This document shows positions 28,223-37,911 of a DNA stretch of 64,000 nt, one piece after another. The DNA lies in the IMG/VR virus record IMGVR_UViG_3300030102_006934, positions 186,001 through 250,000 of that record; one strand, 5' to 3'. Made by a program: the position numbers and the translations under genes. The notes beneath the pieces were generated by a model. It did not search any database. It had not been told where the DNA came from and saw only the letters and a list, made by a program, of their open reading frames with translations. Position 1 is the first letter of the stretch, and every line of letters begins with the position of its first letter.

Positions 28223-29005
28223 ATGTCAAAAATTGTAACAAAAAAACAACTAGACTTAGTTATGGAAAATACCATGAGTGAAATGAATAATGTGGTAGAG
28301 TCTAAAGAAGAAATGAAAATCACCAAAGATCAAATGGATGAACTACATAAAGAAGGTCATTGTATGTGTGGTGATAAGTGTTTAGTATACACCGAAGATA
28401 TTAAAGGTGATGATAAAAAAATGACTGAACTATTAGAAAAATTAGCTTCAGAGAAAATGGACTGTGTCGTTGTTTCTAAAGAACAAATGGATATGTTACA
28501 TAAAGATGGTAAATGTGATTGTAACAATAATGTTACCCTTTCTTACGAAGATGAGATGAAGGAAGGTGATTATATGAACGATATGAGTGACCATATGGGT
28601 GATGATATGAAGTCTGAAGGCGACCATATGGATGACCATATGACCGAAGAAATGTGTAACGAATGTGGTGGTACTATGAAAGAAGGAATTTGTGAAGGTT
28701 GTGGTAGTATGAAAGAAGGAGATGTGGATGAAAATTTTGTTTTAGCCGCTGACGAAGCTAAAGACAAGGGAGATGATGAATTTGAATATCCTAAAGGTAG
28801 TGGTAAGATGCATCCCGTAACAATTAAAGCCGATATAAAAAATGAAGAAAAAGAAGTAACTGAAATTACTGTGGGTGAAAAAAAATATAAAGTTGTGGAA
28901 GAGTCAGTAAATAAATTAACTGAAGCTTTATCTAACACAACTAATAAAGAAATTATAAAAGAAGATATGGATTTCTTTAATAAAATGGTAAATTATAAAA
29001 AATAA
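28223..29005 (+). CDS. Acidic Met/Cys-rich protein, putative scaffold or internal head protein
   Basis: Many [MLI]xE sites; duplicated QMDxLHKxGxCxC; CNECG/CEGCG; late motif upstream. Confidence 0.55.
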   Translation: MSKIVTKKQLDLVMENTMSEMNNVVESKEEMKITKDQMDELHKEGHCMCGDKCLVYTEDIKGDDKKMTELLEKLASEKMDCVVVSKEQMDMLHKDGKCDCNNNVTLSYEDEMKEGDYMNDMSDHMGDDMKSEGDHMDDHMTEEMCNECGGTMKEGICEGCGSMKEGDVDENFVLAADEAKDKGDDEFEYPKGSGKMHPVTIKADIKNEEKEVTEITVGEKKYKVVEESVNKLTEALSNTTNKEIIKEDMDFFNKMVNYKK

Positions 29006-29012
29006 TATTAAA

Positions 29013-29597
29013 ATGAAAAGAAGGTATAAAGTAACAAAAGAACAATTAGAGATGGTAGTTGAGTCTCTAGTATCTGACAATTCTTTAGTGGAAAACAAAG
29101 AAGGTGTTTTGGAAGAAGGTATTTTTGACAGACTTAGAATGAAATTTAAAGCTAAAGTAGAAGCATTTTTAGATAAATTAAGTCAATCTGACGACCCAGA
29201 AGTACAAGATGCTTTAGCTACTGTTAAAGCAACAGCTTCTAAAGTAGATGCAGAAGATGTACCTACTGAAGAAATAGAGGCCAATAATGAAGTTATGGAA
29301 GCCATTTTAAGTATGGGTAACTTAATTAACGAATCTGTAAAAGGTAAAATGAGTAAGGTGGATAGAGCTATCAATAGAGTTAAAGAGATTGGTGGATGGG
29401 GTACTGCTGGTGCAGCCTTTGTAACTGCGGTAGGTGTTTTACTTAAAGCGGCTATAGGAGCAGGTATGTATACACTTGGTTTACCAGTTGGTTTAGTGGT
29501 TATGATAATGTTAGCTATATTAGTACCTGGGGCTGTTATAGGTGGTTCAGCTACTAATAAAAGAACAAGAGATAAAACTGGTGATATTAGGTATTAA
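29013..29597 (+). CDS. Putative head-packaged protein with C-terminal hydrophobic hairpin
   Basis: Leader MKRRYKVTKEQLEMVVES; two TM-like helices. Confidence 0.55.
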   Translation: MKRRYKVTKEQLEMVVESLVSDNSLVENKEGVLEEGIFDRLRMKFKAKVEAFLDKLSQSDDPEVQDALATVKATASKVDAEDVPTEEIEANNEVMEAILSMGNLINESVKGKMSKVDRAINRVKEIGGWGTAGAAFVTAVGVLLKAAIGAGMYTLGLPVGLVVMIMLAILVPGAVIGGSATNKRTRDKTGDIRY

Positions 29598-29618
29598 TAA
29601 AAACCTTAAATATTAATT

Positions 29619-29650
29619 AAACCCTCACAGTAATGTGGGGGTTTTTATTT
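29619..29650. terminator. Terminator between convergent genes
   Basis: AAACCCTCACA-GTAA-TGTGGGGGTTT then TTATTT. Confidence 0.8.
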
Positions 29651-29911
29651 TTTAATCTCTTCTGATAATGATTTTATCATTAGTGTAATTTCACTATTTT
29701 CTTCTTTCATTTCATTTTTATTGATGAACTTATCACTAATAAAAATCCATATTAAGTAGTGCCCTACTAATTGAAATATCGGTGGGTTGTCTACTAAGTA
29801 ACCAAAAAACAAAGTTAAACTTAGGGTTAAAATAAAGAAAAATATTTCAGTATTAAAAAATCTGATTAGTTTTAGAAATAATATTTTTTTTATGATTTGG
29901 GTTTTTTTCAT
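29645..29911 (-). CDS. Small membrane protein (early/middle)
   Basis: Hydrophobic; TATATTTG upstream at 29941-29934. Confidence 0.55.
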   Translation of the reverse strand: MKKTQIIKKILFLKLIRFFNTEIFFFILTLSLTLFFGYLVDNPPIFQLVGHYLIWIFISDKFINKNEMKEENSEITLMIKSLSEEIKK

Positions 29912-29951
29912 TTTTTTCTTTAGTGTTTAATTACAAATATAATAATTATTT

Positions 29952-30320
29952 TTAATCATACAGTGGATCTATTACAAAATTTTCTATTTTATGTAAATTA
30001 TCCTTGTTTAAGACACCTTGTTCCTTGTATTTTAGAACTGAAAACCAATAATTAGATATTCCCTCCCTTCTTTTGTTAGCGTGATACCCAGAAGAAAGGA
30101 AAGAGAAAAAAGAAGCTACACCAAATAATAATGGTATTAAATAGTATAAACCAAAAAAGAAAGTGATTAAAGTACCTAAAATTTGTAGTTTAAAATGTGT
30201 TATGTTTTTTTTAACTTTCTTACTAGATAGGTTTATGTCTTCCACTAAATTAGATATATTTTTTATCATTTCTTCTTCAGTAAATCCTCTATCTTCTACT
30301 ATGTATCTTAAATCTGACAT
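29952..30320 (-). CDS. Small membrane protein (early/middle)
   Basis: Hydrophobic core; TATATTTG upstream at 30339-30332. Confidence 0.6.
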   Translation of the reverse strand: MSDLRYIVEDRGFTEEEMIKNISNLVEDINLSSKKVKKNITHFKLQILGTLITFFFGLYYLIPLLFGVASFFSFLSSGYHANKRREGISNYWFSVLKYKEQGVLNKDNLHKIENFVIDPLYD

Positions 30321-30424
30321 AATGTTTTTTACAAATATAAAAAATTATCACAAAAAAACCTAATAATAGTGATTTTTTTTTATTAAAAGCGGTGATATTT
30401 ATATAATAAATATAAATATTTTAC

Positions 30425-31285
30425 ATGAAAAAGTACATTATCACTGAACCTCAACTAAATTTAATTAAAACTAAGTTAAATGAGAGTAATCTTAGATCAT
30501 ACGTATTTGATTGGGATGATAATATACTTTACATGCCTACCACCATTAAAATGGATGTTAAAACCTCTGGTGGTTGGGAACCTATTGATGTATCTACGGA
30601 GGATTACTCTAAGGTTAGAACTGATTCTAATTATAGACTTAGGGATAACGACCCTAATATAGCTTTCAAGGATTTTAGAGATTCTAAATCATTTATCAGA
30701 GATATTAAAAAAGCTTTAAAAAATAAAATGTTCGCTCCTAGTTATGATAAATTTAAAGAAGCTCTTATTTTCGCTAATCCTTTCGGTATAAATACGGCTA
30801 GGTCACACAAACCACAAACTTTAAGGAACGGTGTTAAGTTTTTCATAGATGAAGTTTTTACTGAAGAAGAAAAAGAAGAAATGGTTAGTAATATAAATAA
30901 AAGTATGAGAAGTACTAAAAATTTAAATAGAGAACAAACTATTGATTTTTATTTAGATGAAATGGGTGAATACTATCCAGTATCATCTAAAGAATTTGGT
31001 AAAAGATTCGGTATTGATACGTCTCTCACAGCTTCTAATCCAGAACACGCTAAAAAAATAGCTATTGAACATTTCATAAAAAAGGTATTTGATAATGTAA
31101 AAACTTTGGTTAATAGTGATTATAAAAAAATGTCTTTGGGGTTTTCTGATGATGATGTTAGAAATGTTAGGTCTATGGAACTATTTATTGAAGAAGAACT
31201 TAATAAAATGTATCCAGAATTTCATTTTGTGGTTTACGATACCTCTGAGAAGGGTAAGAGAAAAATGGTAATAGAAAAAGAATGA
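30425..31285 (+). CDS. HAD-superfamily phosphatase-like protein with xxE leader
   Basis: FDWDDN (motif I), NTAR (motif II), GFSDDD..N (motif IV); leader MKKYIITEPQL..KLNES. Confidence 0.65.
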   Translation: MKKYIITEPQLNLIKTKLNESNLRSYVFDWDDNILYMPTTIKMDVKTSGGWEPIDVSTEDYSKVRTDSNYRLRDNDPNIAFKDFRDSKSFIRDIKKALKNKMFAPSYDKFKEALIFANPFGINTARSHKPQTLRNGVKFFIDEVFTEEEKEEMVSNINKSMRSTKNLNREQTIDFYLDEMGEYYPVSSKEFGKRFGIDTSLTASNPEHAKKIAIEHFIKKVFDNVKTLVNSDYKKMSLGFSDDDVRNVRSMELFIEEELNKMYPEFHFVVYDTSEKGKRKMVIEKE

Positions 31286-31803
31286 AAAATTTAATACGTA
31301 AAATATTGAAAGAAGAAACAGAAGATTTTGATTGGGTTAGTGAGGTGGACACTGAACAAGATTTTGAAGATTACTTTTATGGTAAAGGTGAATACTATCA
31401 TAATAGAAGAAATGCACCAGGTATATACATCGCGAGAGATATAAAATGGTGGAAAAATTGGATTATGAATGTGTATGGAGCTCATGCGGTAATTGAAGAA
31501 GATGTTGAGGAGTTTGCGGAGATGGTAAAAGAATTGGTTAATCCAATAGATGGGGGTAAGAAAGAATATACAATATTAGCTAATGATGTTTATGACTATG
31601 TTAGATCTCATAAAGGTAAAACTACTTTTCAAGAAAGTACTGGTGATATAAAGGATGCTTATGATTCTTTTGGTCTTTACGCTAATAATAATAATTTAAA
31701 CATCTTACAGGTAATGGATGTATTTGATAGGTGGTTAAATAAAAGAAAAAAAGAGGGGAGACCACTACATGTTGAAGATGGTCAAAGTTTTAATATAGAT
31801 TAG
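31282..31803 (+). CDS. Hypothetical protein with ILKEE..FDW leader
   Basis: MKNLIRKILKEETEDFDW; ATGA overlap with the upstream gene. Confidence 0.65.
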   Translation: MKNLIRKILKEETEDFDWVSEVDTEQDFEDYFYGKGEYYHNRRNAPGIYIARDIKWWKNWIMNVYGAHAVIEEDVEEFAEMVKELVNPIDGGKKEYTILANDVYDYVRSHKGKTTFQESTGDIKDAYDSFGLYANNNNLNILQVMDVFDRWLNKRKKEGRPLHVEDGQSFNID

Positions 31804-31814
31804 AGAACGGACTA

Positions 31815-33608
31815 ATGGGTAAAATAAATTACATATTAAAGGATTTGATACTTGAATCACGTAGAAAAGATTTAATGAATAAGTATCGTGAATTGTATGA
31901 AAAGGATTTTGATACAGTTGGTGGTATAGAGATTCGTGATGGTGATTATGATGATTTCGATTCTTTCATAAACGTACTTGAAGAGGAAATACCACACCCA
32001 AAGTATTTAGAGTTTGCTTTGAAAAATATGTGTTGTGGTGTAAAATGGGACATACCTAACTCAATACTTAATATGTTGGTTGATTTCCATGAATTATCGG
32101 AAAAAGGTTTTATTAAAAATAAAGACATATACTCTAAGGAATATAGGAATGATACTGATTTTAAATTTTTAATATCAGTAATAGAAGGAGCTAAAGAACT
32201 AGAAAGAAAAAAAGAGTTAAAAACAAAGTTAACTAGTGAGAGAGATGTTATATATGACGGTGATAGATGGGTCGTGATAGTACCTAAATCACATTTAGCC
32301 TCTTGTAAGTATGGTGCTGGAACTAAGTGGTGTACCGCCAGTAAAAACAACCCAGAACATTTCGGTGATTACACAGATGATGCATTATTGTTTTATATTT
32401 TAGATAAAAATGAAATACCAACTACACAATCTATGGGTGAGGTGGATGATAATCTCATGTATAAAATAGCTATTAATTGGAGGTATGATTTCGATAGTGA
32501 TAAAAACAAATACTTAGGTTATTCTATTTTAGATAGGAAGGAGGTAGAAATGTATGATGTTAAAGATAATAGAATAAAAATATCACATGTAATACCCTTA
32601 CTACCGAAAGATATGGTTGATTCGATGGAGGATTATTATAAACAAACCATCCAATCTAAAAACAAAGAACATTTAAAAAAGGAGTTAAGTCTTAAACTTA
32701 TATTGAATGATTTTCAACAAAAATTAGTTGACAGTGGATTAGTTAGTAAGTTTATGAGTAAATTAGAAAGGGATTTACCTAAAGAACAAGTGGTTAAACT
32801 TAATGGTGGTATTGATGATATGGAAACAGATGTTTCAACACACACATTTTACTTTACGTTAAATGATAACACTTCAATGGAAGATTCGATGGACTTGAAT
32901 AGTAAACCCATATATAGTGGTTTTGTTTTAGGTACTCAGGAATTTACTGGTAAGGAACAATTTTTAGAGTTAATGTTAATGGATGAAGAGGGTGTTACTG
33001 TAGATAGTGAAGAGTTGGTGATGGATATAACAGGGTTTAGAAATATATTTGGATATAAATTCGTAAAACCTTCAGCTTTAGATGATTCTGTTAAATGGGA
33101 AAATTGGTTAAGGTTTTTAAATTTGAAAAAAGATACATTTTTTAATACTAAACCAGAGATAATAATCAACAAGTTATATAAAAAAGTTATAGACTTTATT
33201 AGAGATAATTCTTGGATGAGACAGTGGCAAGGTGAAAATTCTAAAAAAACTTATCATACAACATCTAATGGTGAAGTTTATTGGGTGCCATCTAATTGTT
33301 CTTCAACATACGTATTTAAATATCCACTAAAAGAGGGTACAATAAGTTCTAATTTTATAGAATATATTAAAGAAAATCCAGGTTCCACATCTAAACAATT
33401 TTATTGGGACGTTTATCAAAAAGATTATTTCCCAGGTTTAAATAGTGCATTAACACCTAGTTTAAAGGCTGCTGGTATTATTAAAACTAAAAAAGGAAGA
33501 TACGGTGAATTAAAATATTATTTAGGTCCTAATTATATAAAATGGACTCAGGGTAGAGTACATAGATATAGATTACAGTGTATACCCATGAAATGGAAAA
33601 GAAGATAA
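31815..33608 (+). CDS. Protein with a PcfJ-like motif and LILE leader
   Basis: WVVIVPKSHLASCKYGAGTKWCTAS; leader MGKINYILKDLILES. Confidence 0.55.
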   Translation: MGKINYILKDLILESRRKDLMNKYRELYEKDFDTVGGIEIRDGDYDDFDSFINVLEEEIPHPKYLEFALKNMCCGVKWDIPNSILNMLVDFHELSEKGFIKNKDIYSKEYRNDTDFKFLISVIEGAKELERKKELKTKLTSERDVIYDGDRWVVIVPKSHLASCKYGAGTKWCTASKNNPEHFGDYTDDALLFYILDKNEIPTTQSMGEVDDNLMYKIAINWRYDFDSDKNKYLGYSILDRKEVEMYDVKDNRIKISHVIPLLPKDMVDSMEDYYKQTIQSKNKEHLKKELSLKLILNDFQQKLVDSGLVSKFMSKLERDLPKEQVVKLNGGIDDMETDVSTHTFYFTLNDNTSMEDSMDLNSKPIYSGFVLGTQEFTGKEQFLELMLMDEEGVTVDSEELVMDITGFRNIFGYKFVKPSALDDSVKWENWLRFLNLKKDTFFNTKPEIIINKLYKKVIDFIRDNSWMRQWQGENSKKTYHTTSNGEVYWVPSNCSSTYVFKYPLKEGTISSNFIEYIKENPGSTSKQFYWDVYQKDYFPGLNSALTPSLKAAGIIKTKKGRYGELKYYLGPNYIKWTQGRVHRYRLQCIPMKWKRR

Positions 33609-34144
33609 TGAAAAATGTAATATTAAAAATATTAAAAGAGTCTGGTGATTTTGATTGGGCTGGTGATATACCTAGTTTCTTGGAGGTTTTACAACCAGTA
33701 AGTAATAGAAATCCGAAAGATGTGTGGAGGTTACACTTTAATTTAGGTTATGGTGAAAGTTCTCATAGATGGTCTTCGGATTGGGCTCAATTTAATAATG
33801 ATGAAAAATCTACAAAAAATTTACAATGGTTAATTAATTTAATTGAGTTTCAAGAAGATGATAAAGGTACTTTTGATTCGAGTGCTTTAGCTTCAGCATT
33901 TTTGAGCGGTCAGGAATGGATTATGGGTCCATACTTGAAAGATTGGAAAGCTAAGGATTATGATAAATTGGATTCAGTTGAACAAAAAGATACAGCCGAA
34001 GAATGGATAGAGGAAATATTACAAGATTACGGTTTATGGGATTTAGATGATTATTCGGGTAGACCAGCACCAATTGAGGATTGGAAAGTAACCTATTTCG
34101 ATAAAAATGGTGTGGAACATATTGTTAAGGTAAATAATATTTAA
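33608..34144 (+). CDS. Hypothetical protein with ILKES..FDW leader
   Basis: MKNVILKILKESGDFDW; start at the TAATG overlap (33608) rather than 33578. Confidence 0.65.
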   Translation: MKNVILKILKESGDFDWAGDIPSFLEVLQPVSNRNPKDVWRLHFNLGYGESSHRWSSDWAQFNNDEKSTKNLQWLINLIEFQEDDKGTFDSSALASAFLSGQEWIMGPYLKDWKAKDYDKLDSVEQKDTAEEWIEEILQDYGLWDLDDYSGRPAPIEDWKVTYFDKNGVEHIVKVNNI

Positions 34145-34175
34145 AAAAAAGGGACTAAAAAGTCCCTTTTTTTTT
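34143..34175. terminator. Bidirectional intrinsic terminator
   Basis: AAAAAAAAGGGACT-AAAA-AGTCCCTTTTTTTTT between convergent genes. Confidence 0.9.
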
Positions 34176-34848
34176 ATCCAATAACCTCATCTATAATACC
34201 ATAGTCTAAAGCTTCTTTTGAACCTAACCACAAATCTCTTTGTGCGTCTTTTTCAACTCTTTTAGCTGTTTTACCACAGTACTTACCTAATAACTCAAAT
34301 AAAGTTTTATTAACCTTTTCCCACTCATCAAACTGTATTCTAGCGTCTTGTATGTTACCACCCGCTCCACCACTAGATTGATGTAACATAGTTCTTGAGT
34401 GTGGTAAAGAAGCTCTCATACCTTTTGTACCAGCACCTAATAATACTGAGCCCATTGAAGCGGCCATACCAGTATTAATTGTTTGTATTTTTGTTGGAAT
34501 ATAATTCATAACATCTACCATAGATAGACCAGCTTTCACACTACCACCAGGACTATCTATATGCATTGTTATAGTTTTCTTTGGATCTTGTTGTGATAAA
34601 TAAAGTAATTGTGCTTGTACTGTTATAGCCATTCTATCATCTACTGGACCAGCACACCAGATAATTCTATCCATCATTAGTCTATCAAATACAGACATTA
34701 CAGCCATATTTAATTGTCTCTCTTCTATAATAGTTGGGGTAACTGAAGCTGAAACGTTTGGTGCTACAGATTGTAACTCTTGATATGAGTTAATCATTTT
34801 TTCGTTTAAACCTAGGTGTTTTTTTGCGTACTTATTAAATTCTGACAT
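34174..34848 (-). CDS. clpP: ATP-dependent Clp protease proteolytic subunit (Bacteroidota-like)
   Basis: IDSPGGSV, AASMG (Ser), MLHQ (His), RDLW (Asp); N-terminus FNKYAKKHLG...PTIIEERQLN..VFDRLMMDRII. Confidence 0.95.
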   Translation of the reverse strand: MSEFNKYAKKHLGLNEKMINSYQELQSVAPNVSASVTPTIIEERQLNMAVMSVFDRLMMDRIIWCAGPVDDRMAITVQAQLLYLSQQDPKKTITMHIDSPGGSVKAGLSMVDVMNYIPTKIQTINTGMAASMGSVLLGAGTKGMRASLPHSRTMLHQSSGGAGGNIQDARIQFDEWEKVNKTLFELLGKYCGKTAKRVEKDAQRDLWLGSKEALDYGIIDEVIG

Positions 34849-34948
34849 GTCTTTTGAAATTTATTGTTTTTTATAACTATAGTTTAATTATTATAATAAG
34901 TCAAATTAATTTTTTATAAAAAACCTAATATTTATATAAAAAAGATTT

Positions 34949-37321
34949 ATGTCACTAAACAGGGATAACAACGCTTTATTAGATTTACTAGATAATAAGA
35001 TTGATTTAATAAAAATAGATTTAATAGAAACCATTGATGAACTAGATGGTTTGGAAAATAAGTTAATACCAGAAAGTCATTTATTATTAGAGAAGGTATC
35101 TTTATGGAGTAAGGTTAAGTACGGACTATCAAAATTAGGTAGGTATAAAGCTGGGGGTAAGATTTTAGGTAAAAGAAAAATAGACCAAGAGACCGCGGCT
35201 AAAATAGTTAGAATACTAGATAAAAAGGGTAATGAGTCTTTAAAAGAATTAGATTCTTTAATAAAACAACAAAGTTCTAAGGGTAAGGGTGATTTCCCAA
35301 ATAACCAAGACCCAGAGATATTTCTAAATATAATAGAGTCAATAGCGGCTGTTTACGATTCGATAGTGGAAGCTACTAAAAAGAATTCTGAAGAAAAAGG
35401 ATTTTTACCAATAGATGCTGCTAATTCAATTATACTAGATTTAAGAGAATATGTTAAGAAATTTTTAGATGTTGATTTATCAGCTGCCTATTCTGTTATG
35501 GATTCTGAAGAAGAAAAAGAAAGTGAATTAATAGTTGATAATACCATTGAAGAAGATAGGTCTAAGGATGTTAGGAAAAAATTACAGGCTAAAGTAGGTA
35601 AGGACGCCGAAAAAATAGATTCTCAAAGAATGAAGACTTTGAAGTCTTGGAAATTACCGTTAGCTTTATTAGGTACAGGAGCTTCTTTTGGGGCTTTAAG
35701 TTGGTTAATTCATTATCTTTTTGACCCTCAAGAAATTACTCAAATGTCACCTGAAGAAATAAGGTCGGCTAGTGAGGGTACTTTGGGGAATATTCAACCA
35801 GGTGAAGGATTTACTCAAATAATGAACAGAACAATGGATATGGATTTAGGACCAGGTTCAGACCCTAATGATGTTGTTGCTGGTTTATCTAAATTAGGTG
35901 ATGGTGATCCAAACGTGGGTATAGATATAATCACACAAAAAGGTGGTATATTTCAAGACCCAGTTGCGGCTAAAGCAACATTAAGTGAGATAGTTAGTAA
36001 CCCAAATGGTCATGGTGATAATTTAGGAGAAGTATTTAAAGGTGATTGGGCTGGTACTGGAAAAAATGCTGGTGATACTTTAGTTACTGTACCAGGTGGT
36101 ACTTTGAAGGGTATGATTGTTAAAAGTATTATTAGGTGGACAACCAAAAAAACTATTGTTGGTGGTAGTAAAATGTTAATAGCTGCACCAATACTTAAGA
36201 TATTAGGTATTGCTTTATTTGGTGGGGGTGTTGCTGTTAAATTAATGAGGGAAAAAGGTAAGAGACAATCTAGATCTAAAACCTTAGATGATTTATTACA
36301 ATCACTACAATTGGTTAAACCTACAAAAGAGAACCCACCTATCATAGATATTAAACCAGAAGATGAAGAAGACCCAGATGAAATTATAGATGACCCTAAA
36401 GGAGGTGAAGGAGATGACCCTAAAGGAGATGACCCTAAAGGAGATGACCCTAAAGGAGGCGAAGGAGATGACCCTAAAGGAGGCGAAGGAGATGACCCTA
36501 AAGGAGGTTCTGGTGGTGGAACAACAGGTGGGGGTACTGATGATCCTAGTATACCTAAAGATTTCCTAGATGGTAATAGAAACATGCAGTTAGCTTATTT
36601 ATCTAAAAACTTTTTACCTGGTGGTAAAAGTTTGTGGGATAGACTTGGATTAAAAGAGGGTACTGTTTTACCTTCTGGACTTTTTGACGCAGCTTTAGGA
36701 CAAGGTAAAGTAGACCAAGAAAAGTATTTAAAAGCCTTTTTCAATAAACTAAAAAAAGATGGTGACTTACTTAAGGACACTAGTTTTGATAAATGGAAGA
36801 AGGGTTTATTTAAGAAAGATAATTTAGCTTTAGTAGCGTGGATTAGGAATACTAGAAAAGGTATTGGTTCTTTCTTTAAAAAACTTAAGGACGCTTTCCC
36901 AGAGTTTGAAATTAGTACTAGAGCTAAAGCAGGTATCTCAAAACCTGGTCAAAGAGGTAAGGGAGCTGGAACAGCGGGTAGTATAAACAATTCAACAGAT
37001 ATTAGATATGATTTAATAATAGAAGCAGGTTTAGGTAGTACGGCTAATCAAGCTGGTTTTGACGAGTCTACTTTTATGAAAAATTTACCACAATTTATGA
37101 AAATGTTAGCTTCAATGTACTTTGGAGCTAAAGGTAGTAAGTTATACTATAATGAAAAGGCTGTATTAGATAAGTGTAAGAAATATGGTTGTAAAGCAAC
37201 ATCTTCAAAAGAGTTCGATAAAAGTGTTTCCGATGATTACTATTTAATAGATGATCAAAAAATGAAACAAGAAAAGACTTTAAACGAAGAAATAATGAGA
37301 ATAAGACAATTAATGAAATAA
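34949..37321 (+). CDS. Large putative head-packaged/ejected protein with two TM segments and DDPKG repeats
   Basis: Late motif upstream; LLLE/LIIE/LNEE sites; C-terminal LNEEIMRIRQLMK. Confidence 0.55.
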   Translation: MSLNRDNNALLDLLDNKIDLIKIDLIETIDELDGLENKLIPESHLLLEKVSLWSKVKYGLSKLGRYKAGGKILGKRKIDQETAAKIVRILDKKGNESLKELDSLIKQQSSKGKGDFPNNQDPEIFLNIIESIAAVYDSIVEATKKNSEEKGFLPIDAANSIILDLREYVKKFLDVDLSAAYSVMDSEEEKESELIVDNTIEEDRSKDVRKKLQAKVGKDAEKIDSQRMKTLKSWKLPLALLGTGASFGALSWLIHYLFDPQEITQMSPEEIRSASEGTLGNIQPGEGFTQIMNRTMDMDLGPGSDPNDVVAGLSKLGDGDPNVGIDIITQKGGIFQDPVAAKATLSEIVSNPNGHGDNLGEVFKGDWAGTGKNAGDTLVTVPGGTLKGMIVKSIIRWTTKKTIVGGSKMLIAAPILKILGIALFGGGVAVKLMREKGKRQSRSKTLDDLLQSLQLVKPTKENPPIIDIKPEDEEDPDEIIDDPKGGEGDDPKGDDPKGDDPKGGEGDDPKGGEGDDPKGGSGGGTTGGGTDDPSIPKDFLDGNRNMQLAYLSKNFLPGGKSLWDRLGLKEGTVLPSGLFDAALGQGKVDQEKYLKAFFNKLKKDGDLLKDTSFDKWKKGLFKKDNLALVAWIRNTRKGIGSFFKKLKDAFPEFEISTRAKAGISKPGQRGKGAGTAGSINNSTDIRYDLIIEAGLGSTANQAGFDESTFMKNLPQFMKMLASMYFGAKGSKLYYNEKAVLDKCKKYGCKATSSKEFDKSVSDDYYLIDDQKMKQEKTLNEEIMRIRQLMK
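36389..36507 (+). repeat. Six copies of GATGACCCTAAAGGAG (15/24-nt units; DDPKG or DDPKGGEG)
   Basis: Read directly from the sequence. Confidence 0.95.
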
Positions 37322-37377
37322 AACAAAATTGTCGCATATTTATAATAAAAGATAATAAAAAAGTAAAAACATAAACA

Positions 37378-37866
37378 ATGGCAGATTTATTGATGAGAAT
37401 GCCTGTTCCTTACGAACCAAAGAAAAAGAACAGGTTTATATTTAGATTCCCTACACCTCTTGGAATTCAAGAGTGGTTTGTAGCTTCTGGTTCTAGACCA
37501 GCAATTACTATAGAAGAGGTGCCTATTCAATTCTTAAACACCGAAACATACGTAGCGGGTAGATTTAATTGGGAGAGTATTGATGTAACATTTCGTGACC
37601 CTATTGGTCCTTCAGCGGCTCAGGCTCTTATGGAATGGGTTCGTTTACACGCGGAATCGGTAACAGGTCGTATGGGTTATGCAGCGGGTTATAAGAAAGA
37701 TATTGAGTTAGAATTATTAGACCCTACAGGTGTTGTCATTGAAAAATGGATACTACAAGGAACTATGTTAACAAACGTTAACTTTAACGATTTAGATTAT
37801 GGTTCATCTGATATTGCTGACATCAACGCTACTTTAAGATTTGATAGAGCTATACACGTATTCTAA
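37378..37866 (+). CDS. Tail tube protein (gp19-like)
   Basis: YEPKKKNRF, YVAGRFNW, YKKDIELELLDPTGVVIEKWILQG, LDY. Confidence 0.92.
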   Translation: MADLLMRMPVPYEPKKKNRFIFRFPTPLGIQEWFVASGSRPAITIEEVPIQFLNTETYVAGRFNWESIDVTFRDPIGPSAAQALMEWVRLHAESVTGRMGYAAGYKKDIELELLDPTGVVIEKWILQGTMLTNVNFNDLDYGSSDIADINATLRFDRAIHVF

Positions 37867-37882
37867 TAAAAAAATTAATTAT

Positions 37883-37911
37883 AAAAACCCTCTTTACTGG
37901 AGGGTTTTTTT
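37883..37911. terminator. Bidirectional terminator
   Basis: AAAAACCCTC-N7-GAGGGTTTTTTT. Confidence 0.85.

Noticed and set aside
36389-36507. GATGACCCTAAAGGAG repeats as a mini-CRISPR or iterons
   Set aside because: Units are 15 or 24 nt, keep the frame and encode a linker; gaps are too short to be spacers.
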